Both the position numbers and the translations under genes were made by a program. The notes under the pieces are model-generated. The model was not told where the DNA came from. It saw nothing but the letters and a program-made list of their open reading frames with translations, and made no database searches. DNA of 64,000 nt from Flectonema sp. DT1601 (taxonomy: Eukaryota), in assembly GCA_964019425.1 (NCBI GenBank), contig OZ025797.1, positions 930,001 to 994,000 of the forward strand, in the 5' to 3' direction. Position 1 is the first letter of the stretch. Each line of letters begins with the position of its first letter. This document shows positions 22,848 to 33,744 of this stretch, in pieces.

Positions 22848-25566
22848 TCAGCTGATAGAGCATCTGAAGCCTCCCTCGCTGTTAGATTTTGGGTTTCAAA
22901 AGAAATTATTTTTTATTATCCTGTTTTAAAGTGACTACATACCTTGATGGCTTCCATTCAATTACTCCTTTCGTGTGAACTGATACAATGGCTTTGGTGC
23001 CAGCAACGAGCTGTTTTTTTTTTTTTTTTTTTTGTTTTTTTTTTTGTCTTGGATTAGTCTTTTAGATGATATAAGAAATAACACATACCAACTTAACAGG
23101 ATCTCCAACACCTGCAGGTACAGCCCAGTGTCCCCATGGGGTACTGCTTTTCCCCGCCAGAGGGATGACACGAAGGTTGGAAGAGTCAATAATAAATAAA
23201 TGATCTTCTAACAATTGAATAGCAACCTCGTGTTCCTGATGAATACATACGAAGACGGGTTTACCGTCAGTTACTTGCCAATGTTGAACTGATGTTTTAG
23301 TGTCTTGTTCATTAGTTATAACATGCTTTGTTGATACAATGGTACCGCTAACACAGGTGTATGTTATATCACCTTTAGGAAGACCAGGGAGTGGACTTTT
23401 ACTGTCGAATGTTCTAACTCCAAAGCATGTCCCAACCTCGGTAGATCCAACACCGTGCCATAAGAAGATCGTATTACCTGAATCTATACCAACACAGTAC
23501 TGTGAAGTTTGTGTACCTCCAATAGATATCATTAGCCATGGGGGATTAGGAGCGTTTGATTTCTTAAGCATTCGTTCATCTCTTGTATTAGGATCATCAA
23601 GTGTTCTTCCGATATAAAGTGGACCAGGAGCAGTTCCCATCACAAGAGAACCATCACCAGCAGCAAGAGTCTCAAAACGAGGAGTGTTAACAGCCCATCG
23701 AAGAGATTCAGGTTTCCATCTGACACCAGTTTTATCATACGCAATAACATGACATGCAACATATCCACCACCACCAATAATCACAGTATCATCATCTGTT
23801 GCAAGTGTTTCCACACACGGAAATACTATCGAGTCTAATTCCTTCCCTGTAGTCCCAAGTTGAAATAATCTTAATGAAGGCGACTCTAAGTTAGCACAGC
23901 AGTAAATAGGTTCACCTACTGCTGGATGAACAATTCCAGATACCTGCTGAAGCCAGTTCTTCCGAATGTGTGGCTTTGCCCCATCAAACCAGGAGTCAAC
24001 CATGTCGTGAAGTCCTGGAGAGCTGCTCTTTTTTTTTTTACGCATAGGCTGTGCAAGATGACTGAATTCCGTTACTTCAGACTCACTGGGTTCTGACGTA
24101 ACGTTCTGAACGTTTGGGAATCCTCCCAATGCAGGAGAACCGCTGGACTTCGACCGCTCGACACTGGTATTTGTATTTGTTCTCATACTGGTGGTGGTGG
24201 TACTTGTCCCTGGTAACGTGCTAGCAGCGCCAGAGGTTGCTCGCTCTCTATGGAAAGTACTCAAAGTCCCTAGTCTAGACGGGTCCCATGCACGATTACT
24301 CGCAGCATGTGTCAGAACAGGATTACTGGGAGCAATACTAGTACTTGCTGGTGTTGGTAGGCATGATCCCACAGCTGTTTTATCACTAACAGAAGCATCT
24401 GCAAGAGGGAAGGTGGTACTCAATCGTGTTACCGGAGATATGCCTCTTCCTGGTAACAATGCATTGCTGTTTGGTTGTAGAAATGATGCTCTTCCTGTGC
24501 TGGGTCCACATTCACCTGAAGTCGTGCTGTCTTCGTTGTCAATAAATATTTTCGATTTTGAGGTTGTATTTAACTGAGAGCCACTAGAACTCCCCCGACC
24601 CCTTGAAGGAGATGAATTATTATTTTTATTAGAAGTTGACGTACTCGACATGTGATTAAAAGATGGAGACGAGGAGAAAAATTGAGAATTCCGAGCCTCC
24701 GACTGCGACGGCGGGAGCAGCTTCGGATATTCAGCGTCACTTGACAGATCGTTTGTCGCAGCGACTACAGGAGATGAGAGCATTAAATGAACAACATCGT
24801 CTTTTGAGTATTCTCGAGTAGCAACACGGAGATCAGCTATTGCTGCATTTGGTGATACTGATTGACCTTGAAAAGACAACCTCTGTTCTGAAAGAGGTAT
24901 TTGCTTCAAACATACTAATGCAGCCTGCACGTCTTCAATGGTTTCGCAGTCCTCTAACACTACCGACTGCCCTCCTACAGCCCCTCCTGCTATGGATATT
25001 ATTACTGTGGGGGTGGATTTCTTATTTTTTGTATCTTCTGGTTGCTGGAATTCACTCCTTAAAGGTGAGAGACTCAATAAGTTATCACTATCTGAAAGGG
25101 TTCGAGGAATATTTGATAAAAGTACCGAACCAGACAACAGCGGTGAAATAGGAGTAGTGTGAGGAGCAGGTAGTGGCAACGATCGTAGGATCGACTGCCG
25201 AAGGTCAGGTGGGGGGAATGCGCTGAATTGATCGGCGACTGTAAGACCTGCAACTGAACTTGGACACGAAGATAAAACCGTTGTTTTCGGAGAAGGATGA
25301 AGAAGAGTTGGTGTTGACTGACTCAAAGTTCCTTTTGGAGGAGTCGTGGTGTCAACATGCTGCTGTAAGGCCTTTGCTAACATCGGGTTTAAGTATAATT
25401 CTTGACCTTCTGTCTTGGGTATGTCATCCTTGTTGTCCTTCTCCATCTCAGAAATAATTAACTGGTTCTGGTGTATCATTGATGCTATTTGATAAAGTCT
25501 TACGACATCTTCGTCAACCGAACTGCCGCTGTCACTCTCTGCATCACTTTCTGAGGATCCCTTCAT
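22848..25566 (-). CDS. Hypothetical protein with ubiquitin-like domain, Ser/Thr-rich linker and beta-rich (propeller-like) C-terminal domain; 3 exons: 25566-23089, 23010-22943, 22878-22848
   Basis: VVLEDCETIEDVQAAL...IPLSEQRLSFQGQ...VVHLML resembles a ubiquitin fold. Introns 23088-23011 and 22942-22879 (GTATGT...CAG) splice in frame to ...LVAGTKAIVSVHTKGVIEWKPSSEGGFRCSIS*. Confidence 0.75.
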
Positions 25567-26339
25567 TAATAGATCCTCATAATGTTTGTGTGAGGTGCTG
25601 TGTTGAATTAATTATTATTAATAACAAAGAAACATCTTCTTCAGTTGTTAGCAGTTGACATTCACCTGTTTAAAAAATATCCTTAGTAAGCAACACTATT
25701 AACTTTTGTATTTATACGAATCTGTTCTTAGGATAGACTACTAACAAAAGCAAGAACAGAGGCAGGGAGCTTTTTCAATAAATGCGAATTCACTTTTTTT
25801 TTTTGAGGTGCTTATGGTAGGCAGAACTCTATTATCCCTTCTGTTGTTGCCCATATATAATTTTTTTTTTTTTTTTTTTTTTCCATTTTTTTTTTTAAAT
25901 TGCTTCTGCTTTCCCAGCTTGGACCCAGACAGTGGTCATGACATGTTTACGAAGAAACATGTTGTTAAAATGTAATAATTCTCGTGAAGCCCAGCAATAA
26001 AATTGAAAATTCAGCACAAAAACGCAGATTTATTATTTAAAAAAAAAAAAAAAAAAAATTTTAAAAAAAAACACGAAGGAAATTCCTTGGAGTTATTGCC
26101 GTACCGAAATCTGCACGACGGTTTCTCTCTCTCTCTTTTTTTTGTTTTTTTTTCTCCAATTTAGGTGTTTCAGTTTTATTGAGCGAAGCAGATGAGATTA
26201 CGTTGCAACAACTAAAGCAGAAAAAAGAAATCAGAAATCCGGGGAAGAAATTTAAAAGAAAATAATAAAAAAATAAAAGAAACAGGAAGGAAGACGACAA
26301 AATTAACAAAACTGATAAAACTAATTTAAGACAATAATA

Positions 26340-27137
26340 CTATTTTGGTCTCAAGCTGTCCAATCTGGCCTGCAGAGCATTGCTGTCGGCGGTTGGCTCA
26401 TCTCCTATGGCTGTAGTCGCGACTCCAACCTTTTGGTTGAAGTCAAGACCAATTTCATCAAGTACTTGCTGTACCATTGCTTCAGTTTCTTCTTCTTCGT
26501 CGCACTGTTTGTGTTTTTGTTGTTTATTATAATATTAATCTCAAAAGGGAAACTTTAATTGAACACATCCCATTACATACCTCGTCATCCATGACAGTAT
26601 CAACAGCATCATTCATCATGTCTTCCTTCATTCCCATCTTTTCGTTTTCCATTTCGAATTCCATCATTATTTTTTGCATACTGGCGGTATTCATTTGGCC
26701 GTTCATCATTTTCCTGTTTTAGGTTTTTTGTGTTTCGAAAAAAATTTAAAAAAAAAAGACAACTAATTACATAATTAGAACAAAGATCAGAATACATACA
26801 TGGACTTTGTGACTCCCTTCATGGCGTTGGCCATCTGCGCAGTTGAGTTGAGAGTTTGAAGCCTGAGTGAGATTCCACTCAGCTGAGCTTTCATTTTATA
26901 AAATTTCGTCGCATAGCTTCTGGTCCTTACTAAGTCTTTTGCCATTATTCGACAAGAATCCATCTGACCAGCTTTTGCTGCCTTTCGCATGTCAGCGATA
27001 ATCTTCTTCTCACTGCCCTGTAGCTTTGTACGTTCTCTTTCGAGTTCTCTTACTGTCTTATCAATTCCTCTTTTGTATTCCTTCATCTTCTGCTCAGGGG
27101 TTTGCTTTTTCCCAAAGATTCCGGATAAAAATGACAT
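26340..27137 (-). CDS. VPS2: ESCRT-III subunit Vps2/CHMP2 (Snf7 family); 3 exons: 27137-26800, 26713-26581, 26504-26340
   Basis: FGKKQTPEQKMKE...RELERER...IMAKDLVRTR...MKGVTK, IMMEFEMENEKMGMKEDMMNDAVD, VQQVLDEIG and MIM-like LQARLDSLR. Both introns are GTATGT...AAACAG and splice in frame. Confidence 0.95.
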
Positions 27138-27535
27138 CTTATTTGCTTTTGTAAAATCTGAGATGTTTGGTTGAAGTGCTTATAATACAACTGAAGAAAC
27201 TTATCAGATCTGACTAGTTCGATATTCGTTCCTTTTGTTGTAAAGCTGTTAAATAATTAAAAAAAATATAACTTTTTTTTTTTGCAGCATACGACAACAC
27301 ATTACATTCGGTGAAAATGAAGTCTACAAGGGGGGCGTAACAACAGACAAAACATGTGGGGAAGAAGGGAGGGATATGGACATTGAGAAGAGTTGTTATA
27401 AACTATTCAATATACTGCATTCTATATTTTTTATTTTCTTTCTGAGAGCGTCTTCCTAGTAGTACCCATGCAACCCTGAGGATCTTGTAATCCAGGAGAT
27501 AAAGTCAGCTATGTCAGGAAATAAAGCAAACAATC

Positions 27536-28636
27536 CTACAGAGGTGTGTCCCTAGCACGACGTGGAGATCCCTTAGCAGCAGCGCCTCTGTTGAAGCGAT
27601 CTGAAGCTTCTTGAAAACGTGCTTTGCTGAGACGCATTTGATCGTGTTGCCTTTCCATTTTAACTTCCTCCTCAATGAGTTCTCTCTCTTCAGCATCTAA
27701 GACAATCTTCTTGTTGCTGGCTTCAATTGCTTGTTGTTGACAACGTGCAATGTCTTCCTCAAGTCCTCTGTTAGCTGACTCGATTGCTTCAATTTCTCTG
27801 GCAATTTGTTGTTCTCTATTCTGGTTTTGATTTATCTGGTCGTAGGCTTGCTGAATTTGATTTTGAATTTGTGCCTCTTCGTCATTTACTTTCCCTCTGA
27901 AGTACAAACAATCACATGTATTTGGGTAAATCAAAGCCCAGTTAACAAACTCATCAACAGTGATTCTACCATCCCTGTTGAGATCAGCCTTATAAAATAA
28001 TTCCCCGATGGTATTGGTGGAGAAGTCAAGACCACGGTCGCGAAAAACACGTTCGACGTCAGCGTACTCAAGAAATCCTCTACGAGATGCATCCATCTCA
28101 TCAAAGACAGCACGCGATTTCTCTTCAGGACCTAAGTTAGGTCTTTCATCTAAGTAGCTACCCTGCGGATGAATTGGTGCACCAGATTGCTGGTAGTAGC
28201 CCTGTTGCTGTTGTTGATGCTGAGGTTGTTGTTGTTGTTGTGCATATCTTGCAGACTGTTCAAACGGAGGAGGCTGATGGACGGCACTGACATTCATTCC
28301 CACAGTTGGTGGTCTAGGAGCTGGTAAATCTTGCTGAGTATCAACTTGCCATGGAGTCTGTGGTTGAAATACATAAACTTGATCATATTCATGAAGTTGA
28401 GTACTACTAATTAAATCCATCCATTTCAATAATACATCATCGTAAACTTGTAATCTACTAACACGAATACCATCTGGTGGAAGCTGTGCTCCAGATGGAC
28501 GAAGGGCGTGCATCTCAGCAGTAAACACCTCTTCAATTTTCCTCGTTAATTCACCAATCGTCGGTACTGCCGAAAAAGCCAACTCTAAGTTGACCTTTGA
28601 TCCAAACATATCAGCGCAACATAACAACGTAAACAT
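27536..28636 (-). CDS. BILBO1-like cytoskeletal protein (BILBO1 N-terminal ubiquitin-like domain, two EF-hands, coiled coil)
   Basis: MFTLLCCADMFGSKVNLELAF...PTIGEL...W-x-DL...QL...QVYVFQ matches the BILBO1_N pattern. EF-hand loops DASRRGFLEYAD and DLNRDGRITVDE. C-terminal heptad region. Confidence 0.85.
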   Translation of the reverse strand: MFTLLCCADMFGSKVNLELAFSAVPTIGELTRKIEEVFTAEMHALRPSGAQLPPDGIRVSRLQVYDDVLLKWMDLISSTQLHEYDQVYVFQPQTPWQVDTQQDLPAPRPPTVGMNVSAVHQPPPFEQSARYAQQQQQPQHQQQQQGYYQQSGAPIHPQGSYLDERPNLGPEEKSRAVFDEMDASRRGFLEYADVERVFRDRGLDFSTNTIGELFYKADLNRDGRITVDEFVNWALIYPNTCDCLYFRGKVNDEEAQIQNQIQQAYDQINQNQNREQQIAREIEAIESANRGLEEDIARCQQQAIEASNKKIVLDAEERELIEEEVKMERQHDQMRLSKARFQEASDRFNRGAAAKGSPRRARDTPL

Positions 28637-29458
28637 TTTAACTTTTTTTTTTGTAATTTCTGTAATGAATTGTGAAATCATAATAAAAGTATTATTGTCT
28701 TACAAAAATAAAATGCCACTGTATACCTTACTTCGAGAAATGAAGGCAAACAGAAAAATCGAACACAACAACATGGCATCACTTATTGGTTGTCGGGAGA
28801 TTAACCGATTTTTTTTTTTTTTTTTTTTTTTTTCGATTTCAAATTTCGACGGGAGGAATTGCGTTTTTTAAAAAAAATAAAAACAAAAAGAGAAGGCAGC
28901 AGTAAACAGAATACAATATCAGACTGCGTAGCGAGGAGTAATAAAATAAAAACTATTTCGTTACTTAGTTTTCTTTTTCCCCTCATTGGTAACAAACAAT
29001 AAGAAAACGTGTCTTACCACACGTGATTTGACTAACAGGTCACACAGTGGTTTATCAGAGAAAACAAAAAAAAAGAATCTTCGTGCTGGTCCACCAATGC
29101 ACCTTGTAAATCATTGGGCAGCTCCAAAATTATTTTTTCTTGTTCTTTTTTTTTTTTTTTAAAAGCCGTATCGATAAAGAACAAGAAGAAATTACACCAG
29201 CTTCTACGAACAATAATTTCATCGCGTTATATGATGTTTGTGCACGAAATCGTGAACCGACTAAAACTGAGAAAGCTAAAGGTCTGTCAACATTCTAATT
29301 GCTCGAACAATCGAACAATTTTTGTTAGATGCAAAAAGAAATCAGAGACAAGAGATGCTACACATGAGTGAGTACATGAGTTGTGGGTAAAAACAAAGCT
29401 GAATAACTACTACCTTACGGGCGGTGTAGTTTGTGAAAGACACTGGATAGAATCAAAA

Positions 29459-29557
29459 AGTCCATTAGATTACATATTGCGCCTCGCCAATGCGGCGAAC
29501 TATAGAGCATCGGGTGAACTCTATAAAGCCGCGAAGCAGCGACAATCTAAGCGGACC
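29459..29557 (-). other. Long (~100 nt) interrupted stem-loop, candidate structured RNA element
   Basis: Nested pairings GGUCC/GGACU, UUAGAUUG/UAAUCUAA, GCGGC/GCCGC and UAUAGAG/CUCUAUA. The G-U pairs favour the minus strand. Confidence 0.5.
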
Positions 29558-30212
29558 CAATCTTGTTAAGATTGTAGTTAAAACTAAGCAAGACGAAAGA
29601 AAAACGAAAACGGGTATAGAAAACTCCCCAGTAAGAAGGTCGCTATAGGGCTCTAAATCGGAGATAATTGAAATTGAGCAAAGAAAAAGCAAACTAACTT
29701 TCTTACAAGGATGTAACAAGGCTTGCGCATACTGCTGCGCAAGCAATGGTAATGAGACACAGCGTATTTGAGACAAGTTATGCAACAACCGAAGTATCAG
29801 GGTATCAATAGAAATGAGAATGGCAAACATTCTGAGCTATTAAAAACAATAACAAACATGATGACAGCGCACGTTAGCTTTCTTAGTTTCACCTGATTCA
29901 CGATTGCTGCTTCAGCAAATACTTCTTTCTTCTTGTTCTTTTTTTTTTTTTTCTTTCTTGTTTTTGAGGAAATCGGAATATCAAGTGTCTTCTTACCAAA
30001 GAACGCAGCTAATAATCTGATGAAATATAACAATCATCAGCAAGCGGAAAACACACGGAAACCAAGTTAACTCTTCCTTGTGGCTTGGAAAGGAAAGCAG
30101 CCTTGATCAATAAGGGTTGTTGTGAATAAAAAACTTATAAATCTTATTTTTCGTTTGTTTTCTTTCGATACCGAAAACCGTTTGAAAAACAAAATTTAAG
30201 AAAATAGAAAGG

Positions 30213-30250
<38 letters not shown>

Positions 30251-32299
30251 AGAAATCACAAATAATTCATCGAATACGCAAGCACCGCTGAACGAAGGAT
30301 CTGCTACACGAACGAGCAGACAGACGCTTCGTAGAGACAGTGTCTCCAACACAGGATTGCTTTAAGCTACCGGATGGAGAAGTTAAGCCGAACGGGTTGC
30401 TAAGTGACCAAACTTGACAGGAAAAAAATAGTTAGTAAAAAGAGCTACTAAAGAAACAACGAAAAATGGATTTGCAAGGAACATATAACACCGGCTATAT
30501 AAATAGATTTCTTTTTTTTTTTTTTTACCCTTGGGTGGGAAAAGGGGAGGAATTAACACACAGCAGCTACAACAATAATAAGGAATCAAAAAAATAATAA
30601 TAATACCCGCGATAGATCGCAATTTGATTAGAAAAAAAGTTATCCTCAACATAAATCCACAAACGAGTGTTTTCGGAGGAAACATATTTTGCTAAAAAAA
30701 AAAAAAGGTACAAAAATAACTGACAAATCAAAGAAAGAAAGAAAAATAAGCTCGAGGACAAATAATGAAAAAGATCATCTTTTCAAAAAGAATTAGCATT
30801 AGAGAATTCAACAAAGATGTCTCGGCTACATAAAAAGGAAAAAGAGAAAGGTAATTTTCACATCTACTACTTGAATTTTATGCAAAATAAAATGCGGTGT
30901 TTCTGATGAACAATATTCACAACTACCATGGTTCGGTTCCAAAAATGTCAACCCACCTTTCTAATTATTCCCTTTTGTACCACTAATAAGTATGCATCTC
31001 GGTAAGAATAGGGTTGAGATATATTGCGTTGCGAGCTAGGAAAACTTGAATTTAATTTTTCCATCTATAAAACCAGCTGCAAGGCAACTAATCGCACCTC
31101 ATAAGGCTATTGTACTTACTATCAGGGTGAAACGCTTAAATCGTTTTGCCATATGGGAAAAAGAAAATTCGATTTATTTAATTATCTTTTTTTTTTGTTT
31201 TATACGAATCCGAGGATAAGGTGGCTACTAAGACGCAACTAACTCTGAAGTAGTAGTTGACTGTCCAATAATCTGACCATTCACCTCGATAATAAAATTG
31301 TAACTTTGAGGGGGTTGTTGTTGTTGCTACTTTAAAGCAGGGGAAAAAAAGGAAAGTGGGGCATTAACGTTGGTGTTGAAAAGAAAAAAAAAAAAAATCG
31401 ACGTCTCAAAAAACTATTGTCGATAATCTCCCAAAAAAAGAATACAAAATGAGCAGATAGACAAACTTCACACCACCGTATTAAAACAAAAAAACAGAAA
31501 TAAAATATTCAAATATCACATCCTTTTTTGTGCAAACATGAAAGGATTAGCATAGCTAAACCTTACAGGAACCAACCAGAATAAATGCCTTGACCGGCAG
31601 AAATGAAAAGGTCGCATTATGGAACCCAACGGCTTACTCAAAATGTAGCGAATTCCTTGTTTCAAACGCGAATACGAGAGTTGGGCAAAGAAACATAGAC
31701 TTAGGGCGAGCATAATAAGAGAATATACACAATGCGCAATATATCATCTGGATGCGTATAGTAGTGAGGAAAAAAGTAATCAGTGAGACTCTACATGGGT
31801 AAAACAGCGAATTATATTTTATTATTATATGTGGCTGTATCAAAGTAAAACTTAGTAAGTAGTTAATACATTAGCGGGGGGGGGCGAATCTTTAAGTTCG
31901 GTAAAAACAATAACAACTTTAGGTTTTAAAACAAGATTAATATCAAGTACTTGACTTTGTCTAGACATTGTCGAAACTGGTAATTCGGGGACCACATATT
32001 ATCAGGTTGAGAATCCCATGCGTTAGTGGGGGAAGTTTATCAAAAATAAAAACGAATAATTAAAATAAATCAATTCAAGAGATGTTGTACGACATTAACA
32101 AATAATGGTTGGCTTCGGGGTATGATCAGACCATTATTCTCCTACTCTCTTCAGCAGAAGAAAGCAAAGACACATCTCCAACATAGTTATTTTTATTTTT
32201 ATCACATAGAAGTCTAAAAAATTTATATAAGTTTTTGTTATAAAAGAGTGTCACTCTACTCAAAATTATTTATTTATTATTTATCTTTTCTGATTTAAG

Positions 32300-32331
<32 letters not shown>

Positions 32332-32869
32332 ATTGTCGTCCAGTGGAATGCACCTTCTTTATTATTATTATTTATTATTTTATTTTTTTTTTTTTTTCAA
32401 TAATTTGATTTTTGTCAACAGTTCTACTTCTAAAGAACTAATTTCTTAATGTATATCAGAGCGTGGTTATTTATGATACCTGACTATGTGCCGTGCTAGT
32501 ATAGGGTAAGGATACCACATTTATCAACGTTTCTCAGTTCAACTTGTAAACATCTTTATTTGGGCTACAACGCCAACGTTGTAAAAGTATGCTTCAAAGT
32601 GTCAATCAATAAGAAGAAATCGACAGAGGCTCTATTCAAAAAGTTCCAATCACGAAATTCTAACTCCGTGACAAGGTTCTAGTATGCATTAGGCTTGGTC
32701 AATTGATCTTAAAAATCAAACAAACATTTGATGATTTGTTGTTCTTTGCTGAACGCACCAAAAAGAAAATTAAATTTACAAAAAGAAATAAAATAAACAA
32801 ACAAAAGAAAAAAAAAAACCTTAATTTAAAGAAAGGGAAAGAAGAAGAAGAAGAAGAAGAAAGAAAAAG

Positions 32870-32901
<32 letters not shown>

Positions 32902-33437
32902 ACCAATTTTCAATCATTAACTTATATCCCTGTATGCTAAAATGATTTGTAGTTCTTACATTTTAGATTAGCAACAAAGATCAAAGCAATTTATCGAATG
33001 TTTGAAATACAGGAAGGAAGAGCCAACTGCCAACCTGAATGAGTGACACATAAGGTAATCATACTCACAAAGACATAAATGTATCAAAGTCAATTAATAT
33101 GAACATTAGTAATTTATGATACAGTCGACTAAAAGATTATAAATAAGGAGGGGGAGAGTTACTATTTTGACAAAAAAAAAAAAAAAACCTGACGAAAAGA
33201 AACGAGTTCCAGGTTTCATAGTCAAGCCAAGAGAAGGTTGATTTAAATTATATAAAATACAACAATTGTTGTAAAAAAAATGATACTTTTTAGGGAAACG
33301 ACCGAACGACGAAAAAAGCCTGACTTAATTACATGTGAAAACACTTTTGGAAAGCTTACGCCTCTTACACCGTCCCGTCTCTCTTTTTTTTTCTTTTTTT
33401 TGTTGTACCGACATAGTCGGAGTAGAAACTCTTCAGA

Positions 33438-33539
33438 TTTATTTATTTATTTATTTACGAAGCCTAGGAAGCCAAAAGCCAGGAAAAGCTCACAGAGTAA
33501 CAGTTATATCGCTACCAGCAACGTGAGACTCTCACAGAC
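33438..33539 (-). mobile_element. SINE-like short retroposon with (TAAA)n tail, copy 2
   Basis: Near-identical to 15864-15974 with unrelated flanks. Confidence 0.65.
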
Positions 33540-33709
33540 GATAAGAGACGTAGAATAACCTGGAACAAATGACTATAGGTAGTACTATTTTGCGTAAGAT
33601 TTCCTAATATGAATTAACAAGTTGAATACAAAAAAAAAGAATCTCTAATTGCACCCTTTGTTTTGTTTGTTGCGTATTCTCTTTCTACCGAACAATTGGT
33701 TGGTAGATA

Positions 33710-33744
<35 letters not shown>

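Noticed and set aside
29858..29900. ATGATGA...CTGA as a box C/D snoRNA (+ strand)
   Set aside because: Only ~40 nt between the boxes, no terminal stem or recognised rRNA guide, and antisense to the cluster.
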